From a virus: a stretch of 64,000 nt of DNA. Location of the stretch: positions 15,507 through 79,506 of the IMG/VR virus record IMGVR_UViG_3300043331_000919, one strand, 5' to 3'. The translations under genes were made by a program, and so were the position numbers. The notes beneath the pieces are model-generated. The model was given only the letters and a program-made list of their open reading frames with translations, was not told where the DNA came from and ran no database searches. This document shows, in pieces, positions 1 through 10,794 of the stretch. How positions within the stretch are numbered: the stretch's first letter is position 1; each line of letters opens with the position of its first letter.

Positions 1-96
1 CGGTGGTGACAAGTACATCCGGGCCCGCGTCGAGCCGCCGGTGGCACTCGGCAGCCTCGACTTCTGGATGGTCTGGTGCAGAGCGGAGGACGAGCG

Positions 97-618
97 ATGA
101 CCTGGCTGCGACACGCCTCTCGACACGTCCACCACTCGGTGGCCGACTACCTGCGCGCCCAGCTCGACGCCCTGAACTGGACCGACGAGGCGAACACGCC
201 GTTCGGGGCGCCCGCCGTCGACCTGCGCACGAGCGCCTCGATCGTGGGCGAGAAGCTCGTCGAGGGTATCTCCGCCGGCGTCGTCACGATCACCCTCGGA
301 CCGGAGCTGGCCCCCGAGGAGGAGGAGCTCGGCGGTCCGCTGTCACTGCAGGAGTACCCCTTCTTCATCGACATCTTCCAGGAGTCCGAGGGCGTGTGCA
401 CTGCGCTCGCCTGCGACATCCGGGACATCTTCATGGGCCGCCTGGCGGGCACGCAGCGCTGGCTGCCCGTCACCAACCAGGCCACCGACGCGGTCGTCGC
501 GGGCTGGAAGCTGGAGTTCGACGACGTCGAGCGCGTCACTCCGGACCAGCGCTTCACCCTGCCCTGGCAGGTGGTGAAGGTGACCGCGTCGGCGTACTTC
601 CCCGAGGTGGTCTACTGA
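97..618 (+). CDS. Putative tail terminator / head-tail connector protein
   Basis: ATG after a GGAGGA RBS; position upstream of the major tail gene. Confidence 0.5.
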   Translation: MTWLRHASRHVHHSVADYLRAQLDALNWTDEANTPFGAPAVDLRTSASIVGEKLVEGISAGVVTITLGPELAPEEEELGGPLSLQEYPFFIDIFQESEGVCTALACDIRDIFMGRLAGTQRWLPVTNQATDAVVAGWKLEFDDVERVTPDQRFTLPWQVVKVTASAYFPEVVY

Positions 619-905
619 TGCAGTTCATCAAGAACCTGCTGAACGAGCAGCGCAAGCGGGCCGTGGGCAACCTGATGCGCCACATCGAGACCAAGGTCTA
701 CCCGCACCTGCCGCCGGCCGAGTGCGCCGATCTGCGCGCCAAGGTGATCGGGGCGCTCGGGCAGTACCACGACACCTGCCTCGACATCGTGAAGGCGTCC
801 GTCGCTGACGGCAGCGTGCTCAACGACGAGGCGCTCGTGGTGCTCGCGCGCATGGAGGGCGCGCTCGCCGACCTGCGTCGCGAGGTGGACCATGCCGAGC
901 GCTGA
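618..905 (+). CDS. Hypothetical protein
   Basis: TGATG coupling to the previous gene; MQFIKNLLNEQ... Confidence 0.6.
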   Translation: MQFIKNLLNEQRKRAVGNLMRHIETKVYPHLPPAECADLRAKVIGALGQYHDTCLDIVKASVADGSVLNDEALVVLARMEGALADLRREVDHAER

Positions 906-1557
906 GATCCGCCTCCGGGTCGACGAGACTCCGAACCTGCGCAACGAGCTCGGCCAGTACACCTCGGCCGGCGTGCAAGAGATGCGGGACCGCAACCAGC
1001 GCTACGCCATCAGCCTGCAGTCCCAGGTCGCGCTCCGGATGCGCAACCACATCGCCTTCGGCCGCCGGCCCAACGTCTCCACCGGACGACTGCTGCGCAG
1101 CACCATCGACGCCCGCAACATCCTCGTCGACCAGTACTACGTCGGCGTCGGCCGCCCGGACTGGCTGGACAAGTCGGTCGCCCGGTACTGGCGCACCTTC
1201 GAGGAGGGCTCGGCCGCGGTCTGGCGACGCCCGTTCGCCGGCATGCAGCTGCGTGGCCGGTTCGGCGGCAGCATCGTCGGCTGGGCCCCCACGCGCACCC
1301 CGGGACCGCAGCCCCAGCCGCTCGCCGGCGGCCCCTGGAACGCGCAGGGCGGCAAGCTCCGCTGGTACTGGACGATGCCGCTGAACGACAACTTCGTGGT
1401 CAAGCGCGAGATCCAGCCCGCCAACATCTACGCCGAGGTCGCCCGCGAGGGCAACCTCAACGAGTACGCCGTGGCCAGTGCGCTGCGCTGGTTCGACCGG
1501 GTCTTCTCCCGCGGACTCTCGCCGTCGACCCCGCCGTACTTCTACGGGATGCGCTGA
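892..1557 (+). CDS. Putative neck / tail-completion protein
   Basis: RBS GAGGTGG; STGRLLRS motif resembling HK97 gp10-like proteins; synteny. Confidence 0.45.
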   Translation: MPSAEIRLRVDETPNLRNELGQYTSAGVQEMRDRNQRYAISLQSQVALRMRNHIAFGRRPNVSTGRLLRSTIDARNILVDQYYVGVGRPDWLDKSVARYWRTFEEGSAAVWRRPFAGMQLRGRFGGSIVGWAPTRTPGPQPQPLAGGPWNAQGGKLRWYWTMPLNDNFVVKREIQPANIYAEVAREGNLNEYAVASALRWFDRVFSRGLSPSTPPYFYGMR

Positions 1558-1661
1558 CGATCTGAACGGGCGTTCCAACGGCGTTGGCACTCGCCGGGGG
1601 CTTGGTCGAAGTCACCCCTGAAGGCGCCGTCTGGGCGCTACGCCCAAGGAGAGGAGCCTCG

Positions 1662-3110
1662 ATGGCGATCAAGGGTGGTCAGATCCTGCACGTCGGCAAC
1701 GGCGTCTCGGTGATCGACCGTGTCCAGACCGGTGGCCCCGGTCAGCTGAACATCCCGACCGAGAAGATCAACGAGCTCGGCAACTACAAGAGCGTCGCCA
1801 CCATCCGGGACACCCCGGACCTGACGTTCTCGCTGGAGTCGCTCGACGTCTCCACCGAGATCGAGGCGCTGATCACGCGAGCGTACGGCGGCCGAGAGGT
1901 CTCCGACGCCGACATGACCGTGGCCGACAACACGCTCACCTCGCTGACTGCAGCGTTCACGTCCGACGACGTGGGCCGCCAGGTGGTCGTGGCCGGCGCC
2001 GGTGCGAACGGTGGCGACCTCGTCACCACCATCGACACCGTCACCAGCGCCACCGAGGCCGAGCTCGCAGACCCGTCCGTCGGGGCCGTCACCGGTGCCG
2101 ACCTGCGGATCACCGTCGGCGGCATCGACCTCGCGCTGGCCAAGCCCACCGACTTCGCCAGCCAGTTCAAGGCCGGTCGTGACGCGGCCGAGCCGTTCCG
2201 CGTCGTCTGCGGCGTCGCGATCCCGTACCTCAACCTGGAGTCGGTGTCGTACCGGTTCGGCCTGCGGGACAACGCCACGCAGACCGTGAACTTCCGCGGC
2301 GACTCGATCTTCTACAGCCCGGGCGGCGTCTACGTCCAGGAGGTCGCCGGCACCGGCACGGCGGACCAGGAGATCGTCACCGACCACCCGGCGTTCGAGG
2401 TGGCCGAGGGCGACGCCCGCCGCATCCTGTCGATCACTGCGGGCAGCAAGCGGCTCGCGTTCGGCGCCGACTACACCGAGGCGTACGGCGCGGTCGCCGG
2501 CGGCGCGGCCGTCACCACGGTCACCCTCGACGAGGCCGTGGCGACCACCGAGATGGTCCGGGTCGTCTACGCCTCGCCGGACGTGCTCACCTACGACCAG
2601 TCGGTGCACGCCGACCCGGCGGTGAAGCCGGCGGCCGTGAAGGGTCGCGACATCGAGATCTACGTCGGCGGCTACGACCCGGCTGACCACGCCGGCTCGG
2701 CGGTCAACAAGCTGGCGTCGGTGCAGTCGGTCGGCGTCGACTGGCGCGTCACCCTGGACCGCGACGAGGAGCTGGGCAACCACTACGCCGTGGCCCAGGA
2801 CCACCTCGACGTGCCCGCGGTGACCGGCTCGGTGGACATCAAGCCGCGCGACCCCGCGGACCTGACGGCGCTGATCCGGAAGTTCCAGGGCGTCGCCGAC
2901 GCGACCAAGGTGCTCGGTCCGTCCAGCGCGGTCCCGCTGCCGCTGGACATCCTGATCAAGCACCCCGACACCGGCGCCGTCCTGAAGCGCCTGCACGTCC
3001 CGGACGCCCGGTTCACCACCCCGGGCTACCAGGGTCGCGCGGCGCAGAAGGCGACCGTCACTGTGCCCTTCGAGTCCGACGAGGGCAGCCTGCTCGTCTT
3101 CGAGCGCTGA
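1662..3110 (+). CDS. Major tail protein
   Basis: Strong RBS AGGAGAGGAG; 482 aa; followed by a hairpin, a frameshifted chaperone and the tape measure gene. Confidence 0.75.
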   Translation: MAIKGGQILHVGNGVSVIDRVQTGGPGQLNIPTEKINELGNYKSVATIRDTPDLTFSLESLDVSTEIEALITRAYGGREVSDADMTVADNTLTSLTAAFTSDDVGRQVVVAGAGANGGDLVTTIDTVTSATEAELADPSVGAVTGADLRITVGGIDLALAKPTDFASQFKAGRDAAEPFRVVCGVAIPYLNLESVSYRFGLRDNATQTVNFRGDSIFYSPGGVYVQEVAGTGTADQEIVTDHPAFEVAEGDARRILSITAGSKRLAFGADYTEAYGAVAGGAAVTTVTLDEAVATTEMVRVVYASPDVLTYDQSVHADPAVKPAAVKGRDIEIYVGGYDPADHAGSAVNKLASVQSVGVDWRVTLDRDEELGNHYAVAQDHLDVPAVTGSVDIKPRDPADLTALIRKFQGVADATKVLGPSSAVPLPLDILIKHPDTGAVLKRLHVPDARFTTPGYQGRAAQKATVTVPFESDEGSLLVFER

Positions 3111-3126
3111 TCGGACAGCTGGAACT

Positions 3127-3160
3127 CGCCCCGGAGCCCACCCGAGAGGGCTCCGGGGCG
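3127..3160 (+). terminator. GC-rich hairpin after major tail gene
   Basis: CGCCCCGGAGCCC / GGGCTCCGGGGCG 13-bp stem in the intergenic gap. Confidence 0.6.
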
Positions 3161-3206
3161 GTCCCGATTCGGGACTGGAATGGAACAGGACTAGGACAGG
3201 AGCACC

Positions 3207-4115
3207 ATGAACATCAGCGAGCGCCTGCGGCGGGTCACGGACCTGTTCGTGGAGGGCACCGAGGTCTACCTCGGTGACGACGAGGCCGGGCAGCCGGTCG
3301 TCATCTGGGTCAACAAGCTGAACTCCTTCGAGGTCGAGGAGGCCCGCCGCGACGGCCAGGCCCGCCGCGGTCTCCGCATGGTCGAGCTCGGCAAGGAGGA
3401 CAACCCCGAGCGTGCCGGCATCGTCGCCGAGATGGCGCTGTGGGACGACGACCAGCTCGCCAAGAACTACGTCGGCCAGAAGGCGGACGAGATCGACCTG
3501 GAGGCGTACAACGACCACTACGCCGACCCCGAGCAGCGCGAGCTGCTGGAGACCATCACCCGGATGCCGCAGCTGCTCGACGAGGCTGGAGTCGCTGAGG
3601 ACGACCCGCGGCGCACCGAGCTGATGAACGCGCAGGCCGCCTGGATGCAGGCCCTCGCCGACCGAACCAAGAAGCTGCGGAGCCGCGCGCTGGAGGACGC
3701 CCGCGCCGAGGAGCGCGAGGCGCTGGAACGGGCGTTCATCGAGAACTGGCGCCAGCGCGAGACGCTCGACGTGTTCATGGCCGAGCGTCGCAACACCCAG
3801 CTGTTCTACGCGCTGCGCGAGTGCAAGGCCCAGGACGTCTCCACCGGCGCCCGGCCCGGCAAGGTCTGGGACCACAGCGCCTGCGACCACAGTCAGCGAC
3901 TCGTCGAGGATCGCGCCGAGGTCCGGATGCTCCCGGACACGATCATGGCGAGGTGCATCGAGACGCTCGACGAGATCACCGTCCCGCAGCGTGAAGCGGG
4001 AAACTCGGACGCTCCGGCGAGTTCCTCCGCGTCGTCGGAGCCTGCAAGGCAGCCGGAGGCGACGTCACAGGGATCTTCCCCGGAGGTAGCCCCCTCCGAG
4101 CCCCCCACGAGCTGA
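3207..4115 (+). CDS. Tail assembly chaperone (short form)
   Basis: Between major tail and tape measure genes; contains in-frame slippery heptamer G GGA AAC. Confidence 0.8.
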   Translation: MNISERLRRVTDLFVEGTEVYLGDDEAGQPVVIWVNKLNSFEVEEARRDGQARRGLRMVELGKEDNPERAGIVAEMALWDDDQLAKNYVGQKADEIDLEAYNDHYADPEQRELLETITRMPQLLDEAGVAEDDPRRTELMNAQAAWMQALADRTKKLRSRALEDARAEEREALERAFIENWRQRETLDVFMAERRNTQLFYALRECKAQDVSTGARPGKVWDHSACDHSQRLVEDRAEVRMLPDTIMARCIETLDEITVPQREAGNSDAPASSSASSEPARQPEATSQGSSPEVAPSEPPTS

Positions 4116-4330
4116 CGATCGCGGTGGCCGAGGCGCTGCGGGTGCTCGGCTACTTCTCCGCGCCGGAGGACGAAGTACCCAGCGAGAACATCTGGCACCA
4201 CCCCCAGCGCTTGGAGGAGTGGTTCGAGGCGGTCAAGCAGCGCCGAGAGAACGGGATGCAGCCGGTCGAGGCTGCGGACGACGCGGACATGACCGGCAAC
4301 GAGCTGGCACGGGAGCTGAGAGGGGACTGA
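3207..4330 (+). CDS. Tail assembly chaperone, -1 frameshifted long form
   Basis: GGGAAAC at 3998-4004; the -1 frame is open from there (KLGRSGEFLRVVGACK...ELRGD) to TGA at 4330, 1 nt before the tape measure ATG. Confidence 0.8.
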
Positions 4331-4331
4331 C

Positions 4332-7300
4332 ATGGCGGGCGATGTGCGCCGGTTCAACGTCATCGTCGGGATGGCGTTCAACCCCGGGGACGCGGTGCAG
4401 CAGGCCGCTCGAACGGCCGACCAGATCACCGACGTGTTCCGGCGCGCCTCGGCCGTCCCGGTCGGCATGTTCGACCGGCAGATGGCGGTCAACTTCGGCA
4501 ACGAGCTCCGTGCGCAGGTCCAGCGCGCGGTCGGCGCCGACGTCCGCAACAGCCCGCTGTTCCAGTCGATGCGCCCGGTCGACCAGGCCGCGGTCCGCAG
4601 CACCGCGCCCACCGACACCAGCCGCTACCTCGCCGAGCAGATCGCGCTGACCCGGGCCCACCTCGCACAGGCCGCCACCGAGCGGAAGGCCGCGAAGCCG
4701 CTGGGCAGCGAGGGTGGCTTCGCCAACAAGTACGAGCGCCAGGACGCCCTCCTGGCCTCCACGCAGCGCGTCGAGCAGGCCAACCGACGTCTCGCCGCCG
4801 CTCAGGAGAAGCACGCCGCCCAGGCCGAGCGGCAGGCCACCAGCGAGGCGAACCTCGCCAACCGGCAGATGCAGGCGATGGGTCGCGAGATCAACGCGAT
4901 CCTCGACCGCGAGCGCAACGACCGCCGCATGATGGACCGGGAGTTCAACACCCGGGGGCAGACGATCCTCGCGATGCAGCGCCGCAAGGACGCCGAGGAC
5001 GCCGCCACCGCCGCCCTCCAGCGGCAGACCGCGAGCCAGCAGGCCGCCGACCGGGCCGCGGCCGGCTTCGGGACGCCGGGCGTGCCGACCACCGCGCTCG
5101 GCCGCGCGCAGGCCGGCGTCACCTCGGCCGGCATCGCCCTGGAGTCGGCGCAGATGGCGTACGCCCGGGTGCTGCAGTCGGAGACCCGGACCGCCGAGCA
5201 GGTCATGGCCGCCCAGCGCCGCGTCATCAACGCCTCGAACCAGCTCGCCAGCGCTCGCTCCCGGGTCGCCGCACTGGAGTCTGCTGCCACCAGCCTCGGC
5301 TCCGGTGGCAGCGGGTCGTTCCGCGGCGACTTCATGACCGGCTTCCACGGACGCGGCGACCGACCGTACGCCGAGCAGATCGGTCAGGCGTTCAAGTTCT
5401 CGATCTTCTACGGCACCGCCTACAAGCTGCTGTTCGGGATCACGCAGACCTTCCAGGCCACGCTGCAGGAGGGCATCGCCTTCCAGCAGGGCATCACCGA
5501 GCTCCGGCTCGCCACCGGCCGTTCCGTCGAAGCCGCGGCCGAGCTCGCGAACAAGCTCGGCGAGTCGTCGGCGAACTACGGCTTCGGCCCGTCGGCGGGC
5601 ATCGAGATCGGCGCCCGGTCGATCGGGCTGTACGGCGCCACCGGTGCCGACCAGGCGACGCAGGACCGGATCGCCCAGATGAGTGCCGAGACGGTCTCGA
5701 AGATCGCGTTCAACTCCGGCATGCAGGCCTCCGACATCCAGGCGAACGTCGCCGCGATCACGCAGGCGTTCGGCATGGGGGCCGCCGGGCAGTACCGCGT
5801 CGCGGATCTCGACGCCTACTTCTCCCGGGTCTTCGGTATCGGCACCGGTCAGACGCTGGAGACGGTCGCCCAGGCGGGCACCGTGGGCCGGGCGGCCGGC
5901 TTCTCGCAGGAGGAGGTCTCCGCGATCGCCGCGGACATGATCTCTCGGACCGGCCAGACTCCGGCCGCCGTCGCGGGCTTCATGGCGCAGATCTTCTCCC
6001 GCGGTGGCGAGGGGTCGCTGACCTCGGTGGCCGGGAAGTACGGCATCGACCCGACGCTGACGCTCGCCGACCAGATCGACGCGCTCGCTCGGGTCTACCA
6101 GGAGGCCACGAACCAGGAGCGCGCCGAGATCTCCGCCGCCTTCGGTCGCGGCAAGGTCCAGAACGCCGCCATCGCCCTGCTGCAGGACTACGAGGCCGTG
6201 CGACAGGCATCGCGAGACGCCCGCACCGACGCCACCGGTGCTGCGGACCGTGCCACCCAGATGCGCCTCGGCGACATCGGCGGTCAGCTGCAGGTCACGC
6301 TCGGTTCGATGAAGGAGTTCGCCTCCGTGCTCGGCCAGTCCGGGCTGCTGGAGGTGCTCGGCGTCGGTGTGCTGGTCTTCCGCGAGCTCATCGAGGGCGC
6401 CACCGAGCTGATCCGCCTGTGGAACGAGCTGGACGGACCCCTGAAGGCCGCGGCTGCCGGACTGGTCGCCCTCGCCCTCGCGGCCCGGGGCGGCGCGCTG
6501 ACGAGCGTTGCCAGCGGCGCGCTCGGCAACGCCGCGCTGTTCCGCTCGGCTGGCGGCATGTACGCCGGTGGCGTCCCCATCGCGGCCGGCCGGATGGGCA
6601 TCGCGACCGCTGGTGGTGCCGTGGCCCCGCTCGCCTCCCGTGCTGGCCTCGCCGCCGGCGCTGGCGCACTGCTCGGTGCTGGCGGTGGCATCCTGCCGAT
6701 CGCAGCCGCCGTCGGCGGGCTGTACGCCGTCGGCGAGCTGGCCGGCTCCTCCCGGCGACTCCGGGAGGCCCAGGAGAGCGCATCCGAGGCACTCCAGAAC
6801 AGCGACCTCGCCCCCGGCGCGGGCCCCGACAGCTACCGGACCCGCGCGGCCGAGCTCACCGCCCAGGCCGCAGCCCAGCGCGAGGCCGCCTCCGGCTGGG
6901 CCGCCCGGATCGTCGGTGGCGGCTCCCAGCGCTCTGAGGCGCTCGACATGGCCAGCGCGCTCTCCGAGGAGGCCGCCCGCCTGGAGCGGGTCGCCCGGCG
7001 CGCCGAGCAGCTCTACGTCGAGCCCGAGCGTCCGCTGATCGAGTCGTTCGACGCCGACGGACTCGCCCAGAGCCTCGACCTGATCAGCGCCTCCGGGGGC
7101 ACCGCCCGGGAGCGCCTCGACGCGCTGCAGGCCGCCCTGCTCGGGACCGCCGACGCCGCCCGCACCGCTGAGCAGGGCTTCGACCGCCGCCTGTTCGCGG
7201 GCGAGAACGCCCAGGGCGTCTTCGAGGCGATCTCCGGGCAGCAGTACGGCCGCGTCCTGCGCTCCGAGCCGGGCATGAAGGAGATCTTCGGGTCGCTGCT

Positions 7301-9155
7301 CACCTACTCGGGCACCGGGCCGCTGATCGAGGACCGCGAGTACAAGGACATCACCGGCGACCTGATCTCCAAGGCGCTCACCCAGAGCGATGTCGAGGGT
7401 CGCCTGCGCGAGCAGCTGGCCGGCATCACCGACCTCGGCGAGCTCGACCGCGGCAAGATCAACGAGATCGCCCAGCAGGTCGTCGGCGACACCGCCAACT
7501 CGCTCAGCGAGGACGCCATCGGCGAGGGCGGCCTCAGCGCCGAGGACGTGGCCAAGGTGCAGGAGGTCATGATCGGCCGCGTCCGGCGCTACCTGCTTGG
7601 TCAGACCCGCGGCCTCCGCGTGGCGCTCCAGAAGGGCCTGCGACTCACGCAGGCCGAGGGTGACGCTGCGATCGCGGCGCTCATGAACGAGTCCGCAGCG
7701 CTCGTCGACTCACTGCCCGAGACCGACTACTCCGGCCGCGTCGCCGAGGGCCGGCGGCTGATCCGGACCATCCGGGCCACGATCCGGCGCACCGCGGGCG
7801 GGGGCACCCCGCAGATGCTCGCCGCCCTCGCCTCGGCCGAACGCCAGCTCGCCGAGATGGAGTTCAACCGCCTGGAGAACGCCCGCCGCGTCGCACAGCA
7901 GAACGCGCGTTCGCGCGCCGAGGTAGCGCGGATCGGCCGATCCTTCCTGCGCCGCGAGCTCCGCGCCGCGATCCGCGGAGGCAACCAGGATCTGCTCGCC
8001 CAGATCATCGGACAGGCGGGCAGCGCGGCCCTGCGCATCGCCCGAGAGATGATCCAGGAGGCCATCAACGCCGCCCGGGCCGCCAACCAGATCCGTCTGG
8101 AGATGCTGCAGGTGCAGCGCGAGGCGCAGGGCGCGCTGAGCAACCTCGACTTCGTGCGTGGCGGCCAGGGCCCCGGCCTGCAGCCGACCGTCACTCCGGA
8201 GAACCAGGGGCTGCTCGACGTCATCAACAACACCCCGACCGCCGGGTCGCGCGAGGATGACGTCTACACCAGCGGTTCCGACGTGCCTGGTTACAAGCCC
8301 CCGCCGAGCGCGGGCGAGGCGGCAGCGAAGGACAAGGAGACCGCGGCCGAGCGGGCTGCCGCTGCCCAGGCGGCGTACGCCGTGCGGTCGGAGTCCAGCA
8401 TCGCTGCGGCTCGTGCCGAGATCTCCGCGGCTCGCGCCGCCATGGCCGAGGCCAAGAAGGGCACCGTCGCCTACTACGACGCGCTCGGGCAGTACTTTGC
8501 GGCGCGGAACTCGCTGACCGACGCCATCCTGGAGTACCGCAACACCAAGATGATGCTCGGCATCGACATCACCAACCCGCTGGCTACCGCCCGCGTGGCG
8601 CTCCGGGCCGCCGAGCAGCAGCTCCGCTCGAACCGCGGCAAGGGCGAGGACGTGGTCGCGCAGAGCAAGCTCGACGTCCGACAGGCCCAGGCCGACCTGG
8701 AGGCCCAGAAGTTCCAGCAGCGGCTCGACGCGGTCACGGTCGCCGAGGAGCTCGGCCGCATCTCGCACCGCGCCTACATCAACTACCTGGAGAACGAGCG
8801 GCGCCGGCTGAACCGGATCAAGGACCGCTCCTACCAGCAGCAGCAGCAGCTCAACCAGATCGACCAGCTGCTGCAGTCGGCCGCCGAGGCGATGCAGGGG
8901 CAGTGGAACTTCGGCGACATCAACCTGCCGACGCCGTACCAGATCCGCCGGCGCGTCGAGGAGATGGGTCAGGCCACCGGGCTCAGCGGCCAGCAGGGCT
9001 GGACGAACTACTGGCAGCAGGGTGGCGCGTCGACCGGCCAGAGCATCACCAACATCAACATCGACGGTGCCGACGTCGGCATGGTGAAGAAGATCCTGCG
9101 CGAGGTGGTGGGCGAGTACGCCCGCACCACCGGCTCGCGGCCCAGGCACAGGTAG
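4332..9155 (+). CDS. Tape measure protein
   Basis: 1607 aa, Ala/Gln/Arg-rich and helical, central hydrophobic stretch, follows the chaperone. Confidence 0.92.
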   Translation: MAGDVRRFNVIVGMAFNPGDAVQQAARTADQITDVFRRASAVPVGMFDRQMAVNFGNELRAQVQRAVGADVRNSPLFQSMRPVDQAAVRSTAPTDTSRYLAEQIALTRAHLAQAATERKAAKPLGSEGGFANKYERQDALLASTQRVEQANRRLAAAQEKHAAQAERQATSEANLANRQMQAMGREINAILDRERNDRRMMDREFNTRGQTILAMQRRKDAEDAATAALQRQTASQQAADRAAAGFGTPGVPTTALGRAQAGVTSAGIALESAQMAYARVLQSETRTAEQVMAAQRRVINASNQLASARSRVAALESAATSLGSGGSGSFRGDFMTGFHGRGDRPYAEQIGQAFKFSIFYGTAYKLLFGITQTFQATLQEGIAFQQGITELRLATGRSVEAAAELANKLGESSANYGFGPSAGIEIGARSIGLYGATGADQATQDRIAQMSAETVSKIAFNSGMQASDIQANVAAITQAFGMGAAGQYRVADLDAYFSRVFGIGTGQTLETVAQAGTVGRAAGFSQEEVSAIAADMISRTGQTPAAVAGFMAQIFSRGGEGSLTSVAGKYGIDPTLTLADQIDALARVYQEATNQERAEISAAFGRGKVQNAAIALLQDYEAVRQASRDARTDATGAADRATQMRLGDIGGQLQVTLGSMKEFASVLGQSGLLEVLGVGVLVFRELIEGATELIRLWNELDGPLKAAAAGLVALALAARGGALTSVASGALGNAALFRSAGGMYAGGVPIAAGRMGIATAGGAVAPLASRAGLAAGAGALLGAGGGILPIAAAVGGLYAVGELAGSSRRLREAQESASEALQNSDLAPGAGPDSYRTRAAELTAQAAAQREAASGWAARIVGGGSQRSEALDMASALSEEAARLERVARRAEQLYVEPERPLIESFDADGLAQSLDLISASGGTARERLDALQAALLGTADAARTAEQGFDRRLFAGENAQGVFEAISGQQYGRVLRSEPGMKEIFGSLLTYSGTGPLIEDREYKDITGDLISKALTQSDVEGRLREQLAGITDLGELDRGKINEIAQQVVGDTANSLSEDAIGEGGLSAEDVAKVQEVMIGRVRRYLLGQTRGLRVALQKGLRLTQAEGDAAIAALMNESAALVDSLPETDYSGRVAEGRRLIRTIRATIRRTAGGGTPQMLAALASAERQLAEMEFNRLENARRVAQQNARSRAEVARIGRSFLRRELRAAIRGGNQDLLAQIIGQAGSAALRIAREMIQEAINAARAANQIRLEMLQVQREAQGALSNLDFVRGGQGPGLQPTVTPENQGLLDVINNTPTAGSREDDVYTSGSDVPGYKPPPSAGEAAAKDKETAAERAAAAQAAYAVRSESSIAAARAEISAARAAMAEAKKGTVAYYDALGQYFAARNSLTDAILEYRNTKMMLGIDITNPLATARVALRAAEQQLRSNRGKGEDVVAQSKLDVRQAQADLEAQKFQQRLDAVTVAEELGRISHRAYINYLENERRRLNRIKDRSYQQQQQLNQIDQLLQSAAEAMQGQWNFGDINLPTPYQIRRRVEEMGQATGLSGQQGWTNYWQQGGASTGQSITNINIDGADVGMVKKILREVVGEYARTTGSRPRHR

Positions 9156-9164
9156 GAGGTAGCG

Positions 9165-9587
9165 ATGGGTGTCTACGGTTCATGGGTCGCCCAGGCCCTG
9201 GGGGACTATCTGTCCGGGAAGACGGTGAAGGCGCTGCTGGTCGACGAGACCTTCACCTTCGAGCCAGATCATCAGTTTCGTTCTTCGATCTTCACGGAGG
9301 TGTCCGGCTCGGGCTACACCCCTGGCGGGGTCGGGGTCACTGGAGTGGTGGTCACCTACGACGCCATGAGCGACCGGGTCGTACTCAACTGCGACGACGT
9401 GACGTTCGGACTCGCCGACATCCCGCTCGTTGGCGGGATCGTCTTCTACGTCTCCACCGGCGTGGCTTCGGCGGACCCACTCCTTGCGGTGGACACCTTC
9501 GCCCCGGTCGAGGTGACTAGCGCAGCCAACCTGGTCTACACCGTGGCCACCGGGGGGCTTGTCGCCGCAACTCTCGGGACGCCCTGA
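9165..9587 (+). CDS. Minor tail protein
   Basis: RBS GGAGG; EVSGSGYTPGG motif seen in phage tail proteins. Confidence 0.6.
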   Translation: MGVYGSWVAQALGDYLSGKTVKALLVDETFTFEPDHQFRSSIFTEVSGSGYTPGGVGVTGVVVTYDAMSDRVVLNCDDVTFGLADIPLVGGIVFYVSTGVASADPLLAVDTFAPVEVTSAANLVYTVATGGLVAATLGTP

Positions 9588-10408
9588 TGACCGTCGTAGC
9601 AGGTGAGACTCAGTCGATCCCCTTCGTCGTGGGCGAGGGTGATCTGGGTGTTACGCCGGCCATCTACGTCAACGTGTTGGACCCCACCATCGAGCGCGCC
9701 CCCGCGTCGCTGCGGGTCGACGTCGCTGCAGCCACTCCGCTCGGCGAGGTGATCTTCGAGGTGGATGGAGTCGAGGTGTGGCGCGCAACCGCGGACGTTG
9801 ACGGAGAGCTGCCCCGGGTGCCCGTGCCGATCAGCCGCGTTGCAGCGCCTGCGGCCGGCACGTACACGCTGACCGTCACCGACGCGACAACGGGCGTTGG
9901 GAGTGGCACCTTCGTCGCTCTCAGGGCTCCCGCCGCGCTGCCCGCGGCGTTGCCTGCGGACGTCAGTCCGATGATCGTGCCGAACTCGACGGGGCGCTGG
10001 GTGCTGCAGGATCTCGCCCCCGGCGGCCTTGGCTCCTGGGTGATGCCAGTGAATCCACAGTCGATGACCTCGCCACACTTCGAGCGGGTGGTGCAGTTCG
10101 ACCACACGACCGCTGTCGACACCGGCCAGGCGCACGTCAGCGAGGGGGCGGTCGAGGCTCGCGCGTGGCGACTTGCGGGCTACTACCCGGACGAGAGCTA
10201 CCACGACCAGCTCGCCGCCTATGCGGGGTTGAAGCGACGCTTCTACGTCATCGACCACCGAGGGCGAGCCTGGAAGGTCGCCGCGCGCGCCCTCAGCGCC
10301 CTCCCACGGAAGCGACAGAGGGACGAAGTCAGTCAGGACAACGACTGGGCCGGAGCCTGGCAGCTGGAGCTCGTGATCTACGACCAGATCCCGGAGGTGC
10401 CGGTGTGA
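9587..10408 (+). CDS. Minor tail protein (Ig-like plus Dit-like domain)
   Basis: TGATG coupling; AGTYTLTVTD Ig-like strand; C-terminal half resembles the next gene. Confidence 0.55.
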   Translation: MTVVAGETQSIPFVVGEGDLGVTPAIYVNVLDPTIERAPASLRVDVAAATPLGEVIFEVDGVEVWRATADVDGELPRVPVPISRVAAPAAGTYTLTVTDATTGVGSGTFVALRAPAALPAALPADVSPMIVPNSTGRWVLQDLAPGGLGSWVMPVNPQSMTSPHFERVVQFDHTTAVDTGQAHVSEGAVEARAWRLAGYYPDESYHDQLAAYAGLKRRFYVIDHRGRAWKVAARALSALPRKRQRDEVSQDNDWAGAWQLELVIYDQIPEVPV

Positions 10409-10794
10409 CCACGCAGCGATGGGTGCTTCACGACCCCGTGGCCGACGAGACCTGGACCATGCCGATCAACCCCGACAGCGTTACCGACCTCAACCTCCTT
10501 GCGCGCTCGATGCAGTTCGCTCGGGGGGCGCGCGACCAGCGGGTCCGCACGTTCGTGGGCAAGCCCGGCGAGAAGCCGTACAACTGGGGCGGTGTCATCC
10601 GCACTCAGGCGCACTACGACCAGCTGGTCGCCTGGGCGGAGAAGACCAATCCGATCGAGGTCACTGATCACCTGAGCCGAACGATGCGGGTCTTCGTCGT
10701 CGCGTTCGAGCCTGCCGACCGGCCCCCGACCAAGCTCCTGAACTGGCGACTGCGCTACACGATGAAGACGATCCTGCTGGGAGGGCTGACATGA
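10405..10794 (+). CDS. Minor tail protein (Dit-like)
   Basis: GTGA overlap; RWVLHDP..WTMPINPDS paralogous to the previous gene. Confidence 0.55.
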   Translation: MTTQRWVLHDPVADETWTMPINPDSVTDLNLLARSMQFARGARDQRVRTFVGKPGEKPYNWGGVIRTQAHYDQLVAWAEKTNPIEVTDHLSRTMRVFVVAFEPADRPPTKLLNWRLRYTMKTILLGGLT

